The position numbers and the translations under genes are program-made. From Podarcis liolepis (Eukaryota), in NCBI GenBank assembly GCA_965112155.1, contig OZ218098.1: 64,000 bases of DNA; one strand, given 5' to 3'. Position 1 is the stretch's first letter. Each line of letters opens with the position of its first letter. Below the pieces are notes generated by a model that was not told the DNA's origin, made no database searches, and saw nothing but the letters and a program-made list of their open reading frames with translations. Positions 11,701 to 50,181 of this stretch are shown in pieces.

Positions 11701-14342
11701 ATCAGAAGATTCTCAGAGAGAACAATAGGTATCCTTTTATCTGTCCAAGTGTACTTTCCCACCGTTGGCTAAGAAAACCAAGACCCTAAAGTGTGGTAGT
11801 ACGTCGAGCCACAATGTTCCATAATAATCTCACTGGCTGTTTTTAATCTGAAGTGAAAATGTTTTGTATGATTGCAGCTTATGCATCTGAAAGGACCTTA
11901 ACATAGTTTGAACGTATTTGCCAAGGTCTGGTTTAGAAAAAAACACTGAAACTGTTTTTATATACAGTGGTACCTCGGGGTTAAGTACTTAATTTGTTCT
12001 GGAGGTCCGTTCTTAACCTGAAACTGTTCTTAACCTGAAGCACCACTTCAGCTAATGGGGCCTCCTGCTGCTGCTGCGCCGCCGGAGACCAATTTCTGTT
12101 CTTATCCTGAAGCAAAGTTCTTAACCTGAAGCACTATTTCTGGGTTAGCGGAGTGTGTAACCTGAAGCGTATGTAACCTGAAGCGTATGTAACCCGAGGT
12201 ACCACTGTATCTGAAACAGCAACTTGTGATTTTGACCAGCTGATTCATTTTTTATCCAGCATGGTGGATGTTTTTATAATGACAGCAAATGGGAGTGTGA
12301 ATTACGATCCAAGGAAAGCAGCAGTTTATGCTTCCCAGTTAGCCTGCTTGTTTACTATGAAAGTTCTTCAAAGAATAGCAAAACATAGTTCCCAGTCTCT
12401 ATATTTTAATTGATAATTTCATTAATGAATAGTTACATGGCATTCACAAGAGGTTACTGAATTCCATTCTCAAGCTGAGCTCAGTCACGGAATTGAAACA
12501 AAGCTGAATTAAATGTAAGGGATTTGTAACGTCCATGACTATAACAAGGAATTTTAATTGCTTTCAAAGGTTATGGCAGTATGCTCAAATGACCTGAGGA
12601 ATCTTTACAATGGCCAGGCAACAGCTGGTTGGAAGTAAGTTTATAGCAACTGTTCCTTCAAGTGTTCTCAAGACTCTTTTTATTATATTCTTAATGAAAA
12701 TGCGCTTTCATGTTGCCTTTCCAATCAGATACCAATGTGTGGAGAAGGATGTATTAGTTTATTATAAAGCCTTCTCATCTTCAGCAACCAAACATGGGTT
12801 CCTGGGAGCAGGCATGATCAACAAACCCCTTTCCACCGTGTTGTGCATGTTGAAGGATCCTAGTAAGAGACATCTGTATGACAAAACCATTACCACGGCT
12901 CAAGTGCATAAGAAAATCACCAGCAACATTGAGCTGGGTGAGTATGAAAAGGAGCAGGTGGTGGGGGATCATAACCCTTCCCTCCACCCGCTGCTTTCCC
13001 CCCTAAAACCCCTCCTCCCAGATTTCCTGAGACATGTTTGCAGCATCATGGGAACAAGCAGCTGGGAGAACAGCTAGGTTAATCCTCCGAGTGTTGTATT
13101 TTTTAATGTGAAGTCTGACTGAATTCTGCCTAAATGAATGGGGAAATGGTTCTCATTTCTACTCTATGGATTTAATTTCAGTGTACGTTGTGAGTGACGT
13201 TTCTTTGTGCTACCAGAAGCAACCAAGAGACTTCTGCTGCATCTCTGTAGAAGCCAAAGAGGTAACTATATCAATGTTCAATAATCCTCATCCAACACAG
13301 TGTAAGAAAAATAATCAAAACTAGCTTTGTGGTGAAAGTTGGGACACCTCCCATACAATATCACTGCAACGATATTTTATTGAATAGGTTTTTACTTACC
13401 ATAGCATTTTAATTGTGTGTTATATCCGAGCTTTTTTATGCTCTCTGTTGCAATTAACTCTCTTGTTTGGGGACTTATTATTTTTTGCTATGTTATGGGT
13501 TTTGGTTTATCTGTTGATAGGTGATTCCATAAATTTAACCAATAATTACAATTTTGGATCCCATGCTACACATGGATGGTTGGACACAAATCCAGTGACT
13601 CAAATCAGACTGATTGTGATGAACCGTTCTATCCTGTTAACAAAAGCAGCTGAACTATGTGAAGTCTAGCACCCTAACTAACAGGAGAAAGGAACTAACA
13701 GCCAGGAAGAGAAACTCCACACTTGCGCCTACTGGTTTTTCTCAGGGTAGCTTTTTATTCTGATTTCTTTGTATCCAGGAGAATGTGTGCATCCTCGCCA
13801 TTCAATCTGTGTATGAAGAGTCGATGCCTCGTCCCTGTAAAGATATGGTACGAGGGGAGATTTTGCCCAGTGCTTGGATATTAGAGCCTGATATGGTGAA
13901 TGGAAAAGATATCACTAAAGTTATCTACATGGTACAGGTAAGTGTCTGTGCAGATCTAGAAACTAGAAGTCTAGCAGGCTTGGGAACCTAATGCAGGATG
14001 ATTGTGTTCTGGAAGCGGGAATCTCATGCATGTAGCAGCTGTTTATCATTTAACACATTTGTTGGAACATGTGAAGGGGGCTTTTACTGATCCAGTTTCT
14101 ACCTGCCTGACAAATGCAACCTCCTTCAGCTAGCCTCCCCCATCTCACTGCAGAGGATACAATTTGGCATGTTTCTACAGAAGCGCTTGAAATGGACTCT
14201 CAACGCTTACTGACAAAGCTTTCTTTTATTGCTGCTCCAGGTTGACCTTGGTGCCCCAGCCATCCCTGCAAGGCTTCTGAGCTCCATTGCCAAGCGACAG
14301 CCTTTGGTGATTGCTAGGCTTGGCCACTTTCTGGCTGGTTAG
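1..14342 (+). CDS. STARD9: STARD9 (StAR-related lipid transfer protein 9, kinesin-3 family), 3' part, 11 coding exons in window; 5' end upstream
   Basis: Exons 1-5722, 6134-6331, 6839-7016, 8283-8429, 9281/9284-9392, 11069-11241, 12570-12634, 12729-12937, 13182-13261, 13779-13937 and 14241-14342 join in consistent phase. Recognisable STARD9 motifs (HFSSSDINPYIHPWQ, DLPLHNKFSNWCGVQ, LTEAKLNYGIGETDA, DLDLPSRRREYLQQLR), C-terminal START domain, adjacent to CDAN1 as in other vertebrates. Confidence 0.95.
6134..6331 (+). CDS. STARD9: STARD9 exon (HRKSIEILRKQREE...DVVENTR)
   Basis: TAG acceptor after a pyrimidine tract; AAG|GTAGAG donor; 198 bp, phase 2-2. Confidence 0.93.
6839..7016 (+). CDS. STARD9: STARD9 coiled-coil exon (IQEPKK...SQLQK)
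   Basis: AAG acceptor after poly-C; probable GC donor AAG|GCAAGT (alternative in-frame GT donor after 7037). Confidence 0.85.
8283..8429 (+). CDS. STARD9: STARD9 exon (EETKLKTLVSTSTLCT...SGYNSS...)
   Basis: CAG acceptor, CAG|GTAAAA donor, 147 bp, phase 0-0. Confidence 0.9.
8488..8917 (-). mobile_element. BovB/RTE-clade LINE, 5'-truncated 3' end
   Basis: Minus ORF reads as the RTE reverse-transcriptase C-terminus (YGSESWAIKKADRQRIDAFELWCWRRLLRVPW...LQYFGHIMRREDSLEKTLM...RGRQRMRWLD); (CAA)n tail. Confidence 0.92.
9281..9392 (+). CDS. STARD9: STARD9 exon (QTSPKD...RGRSSIRNRQLY...)
   Basis: TAGCAG tandem acceptor; G|GTGAGG donor, phase 1. Confidence 0.85.
9870..10109. mobile_element. hAT-type MITE
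   Basis: Termini CAGGGGTAGGCAACCT...AGGTTGCTGACCGCTG; 8-bp TSD ggctaaat/ggctaact. Confidence 0.8.
11069..11241 (+). CDS. STARD9: STARD9 exon (...GYEDLSKHVLANATAE)
   Basis: CAG acceptor, GAG|GTGAGT donor, phase 1-0. Confidence 0.9.
11965..12207. mobile_element. Tc1/mariner (pogo/Tigger-like) MITE
   Basis: TIRs CAGTGGTACCTCGGG...CCCGAGGTACCACTG, TA TSD, internal TAACCTGAAG subrepeats. Confidence 0.88.
12570..12634 (+). CDS. STARD9: STARD9 START-domain exon (VMAVCSNDLRNLYNGQATAGW)
   Basis: AAG acceptor, AA|GTAAGT donor. Confidence 0.9.
12729..12937 (+). CDS. STARD9: STARD9 START-domain exon (YQCVEKDVLVYYK...HGFLGAG...SNIEL)
   Basis: CAG acceptor, G|GTGAGT donor. Confidence 0.93.
13182..13261 (+). 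CDS. STARD9: STARD9 START-domain exon (VYVVSDVSLCYQKQPRDFCCISVEAKE)
   Basis: START PRDF motif; GAG|GTAACT donor. Confidence 0.93.
13779..13937 (+). CDS. STARD9: STARD9 START-domain exon (...VRGEILPSAWILEP...VIYMVQ)
   Basis: CAG acceptor, CAG|GTAAGT donor. Confidence 0.93.
14241..14342 (+). CDS. STARD9: STARD9 last coding exon (VDLGAPAIPARLLSSIAKRQPLVIARLGHFLAG*)
   Basis: CAG acceptor; TAG stop 14340-14342. Confidence 0.93.
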   Translation, partial: VDLGAPAIPARLLSSIAKRQPLVIARLGHFLAG

Positions 14343-17222
14343 GTATGTGTGGTATACATGGTCCACAAACTCAAAATGTAAGATACCAGCAATGCCAGAA
14401 CTTGTTTTCTAGATAACTCAAAAATGGGAGGACAAAAGAACTCCTAGGAAAGCTCACTGCACAACACAAAACCACTAAGGAGCACCTGCTTTCGATATGG
14501 CAATCGGAGACTGAACCTTAATGAAGCATCTGTCGTTCGGCTGAGTTTTCCTGTTCAGCCTTTTAGAGAAATGCAACTTCAACAGAAACAATGGCCAAGC
14601 GAAAAGTGTTCCTTTTGCAAACTACCAACATTGGTAGGCGAAAGCCTGATTGTAACCACTAGCAGTTTTCAGTTGAAAACTTTCTTCATTCAGACTATTG
14701 GACGACTGCTGATGCTGTAAGCCATGTAAAAAAAACTTGAAACTTAGTGATACGTTTATTTTAAAGGAGCACTTCACCACTGAAGCAAAACTACTGTAAT
14801 GTCCTTTGCAGAGTGCCTGAACAAAAGGGTACTTGTGAATGAAGAATGCATTGTATTAATCACTGAACAATGTCAGCTTACTGATTGGATAACTTTCCAG
14901 TCCTGTCCAGGGGAAGTGAGGGTATACCAAGTTCCAGGCGTTAAACAAGAGTGGGTGGTTTGATAGGTCTTGTGGTCACCATTTGCCCTCAGTCAGAACC
15001 ATAACTCAGGAAGAGACACACTGTTCTACTACAGAATCACTGCGCCGCAAGCCTAAGGGGTTGAGCCACACCAAACCGACAGCTCAACGCAAGAACAGGG
15101 ACTAGTCTACTGTAGAGCAGCAACTGCTCTATACTTATGAATTGAAGCTTCTTACACATTATCTAGTGAAGCCATTAGATTAAAAACTCATCAAATCTCT
15201 GTATCAGCAGCAGGTTAAATTATTGTGAAGATAAGCTCACAGCAGGGTAATTCACTAAGATGCTTACCCTACCAAGATGAATTTGATTTTAGGGGTCAGT
15301 GGAAGCAAGCCCATGCAGAGCTTGTCTGAGGCCTGCGGGTGGGAAAGCATAAAGTGATAAACTCAAACAAAAACCAGCAGTCCCTGGTGGGGCTCCCTGG
15401 CTGACTTAGCCCTCCGAGGACCAGGGCGAGTGTACCTACCTGCCTGCCCCCTCTGTAAAGGCCTGAGGGAGAGTTTCTCTTGCTCTGCTCCCAGCTCCAC
15501 CATGCTTGTTGGTATTCCCCATGACTCCTTCCTCTTTATTACGTAACTGCACTTTCTGCTGCTCAACGTCTCGTCTGCAGTAACCCATCAAACCCAATTA
15601 TATCACATAAATCACGTTATGATTTGTTCCACTCCAATTGTTCGTAGTGAAGGAATAGCATTAGCATTCTCTTTCCCAACTCCCTACTTACTCTATAGTG
15701 TCCAAAAGCATGTTTTCTTCATGTGAAGGTGTAGACAACTTGATTCAAGTTGTTTCTTAAAATAAGACTCCTAGCAAGCAAGTAGTACAATGGCATCGTA
15801 TTATAGCTACTGCATCATTTTCTGCCAGCCTGCTTCTTGTCCATTAGGAACTCGCTTCTGGAGCAGTTTTCTTAGAACTTTCCACTGCTCGGAACTTGTT
15901 TGCAGCATTCCATGTGAGTAACAGGAGATATAACCTGACCATGAGCTTTCTTTCCTTTGCTGCAATACTTCTCTAGCTAATGAAGTGAACCTCTTGTTTC
16001 TCACAACGGAAACGAGGCAAAGACTAAGGCTGTTTGCATACATTGTTGGTATGTGAGCTTAATAAGTAAGCTTGATAACTGCTATATATAGTAATCCCAA
16101 GTAGTTGTGTACCAGCGCCATAGTGTTTAACTCCTTCCTGTTGTGGCAGAAGTGTGGGGAAGAGGGACACTCCCCTTCCTGCCCTGATTTGTAGGCGTGC
16201 CTTGTGCTCTGGGATGGTGCTGCCTGGAGCCTAGAGCCTAGCACTCGTGTGTTTTCTAAAAATGGGGGCGGTACTCTGCTTCAAATTTCAGTAATTTCAC
16301 AAGTCTCATTTAGCTGCTGGTTGTGCAGAAGAGCTCTTAGCGCCACAACTGAAGCTGTAATCCAATGCAGTTACTTCAAGACACTTATGTTGACTCTAAT
16401 AGGGTTTGCTTCAGAATAAACAGGGATAGGATCGTTAACCCTTCTGTCAGCATCAGTGATGCTATTACAGTTATCAAGAAATCAAAGCACAGAAATTCTA
16501 TTTGGTAAAAAAAAAGTTTGGTGAAATATGCCAAATACAGTATTAACGGAAATCCTGTGAGGCAATTGAAACTGGAAATGATTTGCAGAATCAAGAACAC
16601 CAGCGTAGTCTTGCCTATAATTATTATTTGGGGGGGGAGGTATTCTGTAAATTGCCCACAGTACCAGCAATCACATATTTTAGGAGATATTTCCAATCAC
16701 TGGCCAAGTATTTGCTACATTAGTTTGTTTCTTTTTAATTTTTTTTGGACATGGCACTCTGTTAACGAACCAAACAGCTTTAGCAGGAACAACATCTAAG
16801 ATGGACTCTACTCTCAACACAGATGGTGCCTATTGAAGGATAATGTCTTATTGTACAGTGCATCAGATGTTTATTTTTATAATTGCACACAGTTGTTTTT
16901 CTATGTTTACAAATTAAGTTATTTATATATGGTTTTATATGCTGAAGCTAATTATTATTTTTCCAGGTATTCGATTAATGTATGCTTTTTAGAAATACTT
17001 GATACTTCAACAGTACTATTTATATAATAACTGGTTTCTTTTGCAACTATAACACTATGGTACCTGTGAATGCCTAGAATGAGAAGAATAGTCTTAAAGT
17101 GAGGCAAAACTATTTTCTGTGAAATCTTCTATTGAATGTGGGGGGGAAATATACTCAGTTACTGTACCATATCTTTAGCCCATATCTGCTTTTAACCAAG
17201 ATTGCTATTTTCATAGCCTCAC

Positions 17223-17228
17223 AATAAA
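17223..17228 (+). terminator. Candidate STARD9 polyadenylation signal (AATAAA), implying a ~2.9 kb 3'UTR
   Basis: AATAAA following an AU-rich tract at ~16850-17050; usage inferred. Confidence 0.45.
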
Positions 17229-17694
17229 AATAATTTTCTATATATGGAAATTACAGAAAAGCTCAATTATTTCCTGGCCTATTTTGAATATTTTGAATAG
17301 GCTATGCAGCAAGAGATGTTGCTAAGCTTGCCCCCCCCCCCCCGCCCAAATCTCTTTCATCAGTTTTCCTTTTTGCCTTGTTCCAGACTTTGTTAATATA
17401 TTAGGAGCAGCAAAAAAGAGGTAATGTAGAAGATACATGCTGCGAGTCTTGTCTGTCCACTACTACATAAAATGGCAGTTATGGAACTATTACAACAGCA
17501 TAATGTTAATGGTTTAGCTACAGGCACCCTTAATTTATGTTTTCCACAAATCTCTTCCTTGGATCAAAATCAGTAACATTCAAGTAGCCTAAATTGAAGA
17601 TTTTGTTATATAGTGACTGATACCCTCATCTAGAGAATTTGTGAAATGGTTATACAAAGGATAAAGAACGAATAAGTGGGGCATATACAATCCT

Positions 17695-17700
17695 TTTATT
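17695..17700 (-). terminator. Candidate CDAN1 polyadenylation signal (AATAAA on minus strand)
   Basis: TTTATT on plus; U-rich upstream and U/GU-rich downstream sequence on minus; ~940 nt after the CDAN1 stop. Confidence 0.5.
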
Positions 17701-18638
17701 AATTACTTTTTAATAAAGTAAAAGACAAGCAGGACTCCTGAAGAAAAAGTATGTGGTGCAAGAATAAAGGAAGGGGAGAAGAGGGACTACAGCTCACAGG
17801 AAATGTCCGTTTTTATAGGTAGGTCTACAGAGTTATAGAGCACAGCCAAGAAAGGATTGTCTTTTAAAACATGCTGGAATGCCAGAGTTTCCAACTCTGC
17901 AGTTCTTCAAAGCATTCTATCAAAAAGGGGAAATATTTCATTAAATGCTGCCACTTAAAGCTGTTTCTCTAATAAAAGAAAACCTTCCTTCATTATTTTT
18001 TAAAAAAAACATATACTGTACTAAAATCTACTTTATGAGCAAACACTCATAAAAAACCCACAATCCAATGCTTGGGAAATTGTTGTATTTTAAGACATGA
18101 TTTGACCTTTTAAAAGGAGTAAAGGATTTAAAAATTTTCAAACTTGAGTTCTTGATAAATATTACGAGTTCTGCCCCAAAGGCCACACATGAACATTACT
18201 AGAACTGAGAATTTCCTAAGTAAGAATCCTCAGACACCTAGGAGTCTATTATACATCTGTTCAGATTCCAGGCTCTTCCAACACTCCGGAACAGGAATGA
18301 GCCTCTGGTCTCCAGCTGCTGCTGGACTCCCACCATCCCTGACAACTGACCATGCTGGCTGGGCCTAATGGAAGCTGAAGTCCAACAACATCTGGAGGCC
18401 CACAGGATCCCCATTGCTGCTCTAGGCCTAAACCCTATACGCTGTCACACGCAGAAACATTGACTTGTTCCTGCAATTCCGATTAAGGTGCTTAAAATGG
18501 CTCCTCTTGCAACACTGTGTTCCCCTTGAAACATCTGGGCATTATTTGCAGAAGACCAAGGAGGTCCACAGTAATGCCCAAGTGCAACCAGAGCCAGGAA
18601 GTGATGAACGATTTCAGCAGCTTTTAAGCATCTCTCTG

Positions 18639-46258
<27,620 letters not shown>

Positions 46259-47054
46259 GCCCACCTCTCTCCTCCTCTAGCACTACCGCGCGGGCGAGCC
46301 TCCGGGGCGGGCGCGCAAGGAGCGTGGGCGCCACCCCTCGACGCCGTCCCAAAAGCCGCCAAAAAGCCCTAAAAAAAAGGAACAGCAAAAAAACACACCA
46401 CACACGGGGGGCGTGTTCTAATTCGCTTCTAACTCCGGGTTAGAGCGCAGCACGTGGAGGATGGGTGGGGAAAGAGAGAGGAGGCGCACTGATAGAACGC
46501 CAGGCGCGGGGGCCGCCAGGGAGAGCCAGCGCGCGCCCCACCCCGGACGCTCGCGGCCACCGCCGTCCCTCCCTCCCAGGGAAGGCGGGATTAGAGCAAG
46601 CGCCCGGGCAGCAAGAAGCGCGCGCGCGCGCCGGCCCTGCCCTGGATCCCTCAGAACCGCCAGTCTCTGGGAAAGTGGGCGTGGCCTCAGAACTCTCAGG
46701 CAGCAGCGCCCGCCGCCCGGCAAGGCTTCCCATTGGGAGGCGCGAATGCTTTAGTGGGCGGGGATTGGCGCAAATGTTGGCAGGGCGGGCTGAGAGGAGG
46801 AGCCGCCGCCGAGGAGCAGCGGCACCAGCAGCGTTTCCTCTCCCCCCCTCCCCTCCCGTGTCAACAAGCGGGGCGCCTGCGCCGGGGGTTTGCGCGTCTT
46901 TTCCTCTCATGCGCGGTATTTGCTTCCCGAGTCGGGCCCGGGGTTTGGCCTAGAGCCGGCGGCGGGCAGAGGGCGCAGCGCGATCGGGCGCAGCGCTCCG
47001 GCCGCAGCGGCTCCCGCCGGGCGGGCGATCGATCGGTCGGTCCGCTGGCTCAGG

Positions 47055-47508
47055 ATGGCGGACGACTCCCCGAAGCGGCGCAAGGCCAACTTCAACGAGG
47101 CGGAGACGGAGGTGCTGATCGAGCAGGTGCTGAAGCACGAGCAGGTGCTGTTCGCGGCGGGGCCCGGCCGGGCCTCCCCGGGGCAGAAGCGCAAAGTGTG
47201 GGAGCTGATCCGGCACAAGGTGAACCCGGTGGCCGCCTGCCCGCGCGAGGTGGAGGACCTGAAGAAGCGCTGGCGGGACCTCAAGCGCCGCGACCGGAGC
47301 AAGCTCTGCCGCGTCACCCAGGGGCCCGTCCCGCACCCGGCCTCGCTCGGCCTCCTCATGGCCGCCGAGGACATCTCGCCCCCCGACCACCTCCGATCCT
47401 ATGCCCCGGGGATGGCCGCCGCCGCCGCCAGCGAGGCGCTGCCCATCGTCGGCGGCATCGACACGCTCGACTTGCCCGGAGCTGCCGCCGCTTCGGTGGC
47501 GGAGATCG
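47055..47508 (+). CDS. Myb/SANT-like gene exon 1 (NLS-like PKRRK + Myb-like domain + GGIDT motif)
   Basis: 454 bp; strong GC3 codon bias; conserved F/W/W pattern of the domain. Confidence 0.88.
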
Positions 47509-50181
47509 GTGAGTAGGGAAAAGAGGGAGGCGGGCAGCAGGGAGCCCCTTTCTCTGGTGCGATCCTGCCTTTCCCGCCGGCGCAGGTCGGGGCTCCTTCT
47601 CTCACAGCTGGTGCCTTGTGTATGGGCTGCCCTTCTCACCCCACAAAACCTGGAAGCGGGGCGAGGGACCGCTTCCGTCCTCTACCCGCTACAGAGCTTT
47701 CCCTGCTGTGCCTTTTCTCTGTCCTCACAGCTTTTGGAACAGTTGCAGATGCTCAGGATCGCTCGCCATATCCCATCCCCGCTTTCCCCATTGACTGGGA
47801 TTGCGCCATAAAAAGTAAAAGTATCAGAAAGCTTGCCTCGAGGATAGGTTTTTAGGGTCCAAGAGTCGACAAGTGGACCTTTCTGTTGTGAAGGATGCTT
47901 TCACAAGGGGACAAGCGAATTATATGCTAAAGTTAGTGAGTCACTTGTGAACATAAGTTATCTAACTCAGTCTCCTCTACGCTTAAAGGCAAGGGTGCTC
48001 TGTCTCGGATGTTTCACACTGGAGTCTTTTGTAGTACTACTCCAGAGATGCTGGGGACTGAACCTTATCTATTTTTTGGCATATACTATATATTGCCCTT
48101 TTTACCTTTTGCATGCATGCCATGTTCTCTGCAGTCACCCTTGTGTTTTAATGTTAATCTGGAGGAGAAGGTGGAAGCAAGTCCATTTTAATTCAGTCTC
48201 CACTCTAGCTGAAATAAACATTGCATTGTTTCAAAGGCCAGGAAACTAAAAAAGCAATTTGCATATTACTTGTGAAAAATAGACCTTCGGCCTATTAAGG
48301 TGCTTGCCTATTTGTTTTTCCAACTTTTCATTCCAAGCACAGTCATCTAATACTCTTCACTTTTTTGCAAATGTTATTTGCTGTTAGGTACTCAGAACTT
48401 CAGTCTATGGGTATGTCTACATGCAACATGTCTAGTTTGCAGCTTCAGTTCAGAATTTGAAATGCCTGCAGCAGTATACAAAACGAGGCAGCATTTTTCG
48501 CCACCTTCCCTGTTATAGATTATCAGTCATTTGTACTTAACCAATGTGATGACCAGCAAGGGGTATTGGATAGGTGCTGAGCATCTTTTGTCCGTCCGTC
48601 CCCCCCACCCACATTTGTATCCCACCTCTCCCCCCAACTGCTCAGGATAGCACACATAGGGTGGTCAGATTTGAAATGATCTCACCAATTGTTGTCCTAC
48701 TCTTTGTTTTCTACATGATGCTAGCAAGGCATTCCGCTCAAAAAGCTTCTTCATCCCATTGAGAGTTTTGTTTCTCTGACACAATTGTGCATATGTTTCT
48801 TTTTAAAAGATGAGGAACTGTCTAATAATAACTGGGTGCAATCTTAATCACAGACCAAGGCATGATACATAATTTAGCTCAGGGATGGGGAACCTTTTTG
48901 ACCCTATGGGCCAACTTTGACAGGTGGGTTGAACAATCTGTCAGTCACCTGACATAATTATGGCAGTTATTGACAGGTGGGTTGTCCCACCCACCTGCAA
49001 AAATCTCTTGCATAAGGGTTCCAGAGTGCCCAGCAGCCTGCTGGTTGTCAGGTTCTTGGGAACGGCACCACAAACAGCTTAGCAAGTACCAAACACAGAG
49101 CTGGCAAAGCTGCTTTCTGCAGGAATTGGCTATGAGATCAAGTGCCACATGGGAAAACATAGCTAGTGGTACCATTGAATATCACTGTCTCTTTAAAAAT
49201 TATTAGAAGTGGTTTTTAAGTCCTTGAGCAGAACAGATGTCTTGTGCAACTTTTCTTCCTCACTGCTGTTGAAAATTGGGGAGGGGGCTCCAGCACAGAT
49301 GGGGGCGCAAGGGGCAAGAGCTATCGCAATGGCAGGTGTCACCTAATTAGCAGACACGTTTCATGTATATCTTAATCACCAGGTGAAGCTAAAAACTCAA
49401 TAAAAACTCTGTTGTCTAGAGATAAATGTAGGCAACATTTTATGTGGTTATGATAGGCTGGTAGCCAGAAGCTGAATCCCCAAAGAGAGTGAAGCCTAAC
49501 CTCTTTTCTCCCCCTCCTCTGTTTTTAGGTTTTACAGATGATCCAGGTCCGTCCCACCAGCCGTGTGTGGAGAAGATGAATCTAAAAGAAGAAATAGTAG
49601 TCAAAGTCGTGGAGCCAGAAGAAAGTTCAGAGGACATGTCTGTAGTTCCTCCTAGCCAGGAGCCACTCCCTTTTTTGGGGTTGCCAAATGGAGGCCCCTG
49701 TGGAAAAGTAAAAGCCAAAACAAAAACTCAGCCCCAGATAGACCCCAGTGAAATTACAGAAGAGGATCTCCTGCAGATCCAACAGAACCAGCTCCACATC
49801 ATCCAGTCTGGCTTTGATACAATCAACCACAATCTCCGGCTGCTGCAGCAAGGCATGCAAGATCTCAACAACAGCCTCAGCATGGCAGCACATACTTTAG
49901 TGGCGATTAAAAATGTCTACGTGAAAAACAATGCTGGCCCAACCACCTTTGCTACGGTGGCTACTCAGACCACCTCGGGGTACTTGAGCCCTGGGTCCCC
50001 ACTGGTGGAGGACAGAATCAGAGCACCAATGGCTGGAAGCAGTAGCAGAAGCAGCAGCAGCTGCAGCTCCAGCTCCATGTCGCAAGAGCCAGGCCCGTCA
50101 GAATTCCCCAGGCCCCCCCACAGAACCATTAAGAAGGAGCATCCCAATGGCTGTTACTATTTCTGTTTTGCAGATGTGTAA
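47055..50181 (+). CDS. Myb/SANT-like DNA-binding domain protein (Myb_DNA-bind_5 type; NAIF1/MYPOP/tSNARE1-like, Harbinger-related), 2 coding exons, ~368 aa
   Basis: Exon 1 47055-47508 (ATG in AGGATGG context; RKANFNEAETEVLIEQV...KRKVWELI...VN...REVEDLKKRWRDLK; G|GTGAGT donor) splices in phase 1 to exon 2 49529-50181 (pyrimidine tract + TAG; coiled coil; TAA). No frameshifts or stops. Confidence 0.88.
49529..50181 (+). CDS. Myb/SANT-like gene exon 2 (acidic region, coiled coil, Ser-rich tail)
   Basis: 653 bp open frame matching the exon 1 phase; alternative acceptor gives a start at 49538. Confidence 0.85.
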
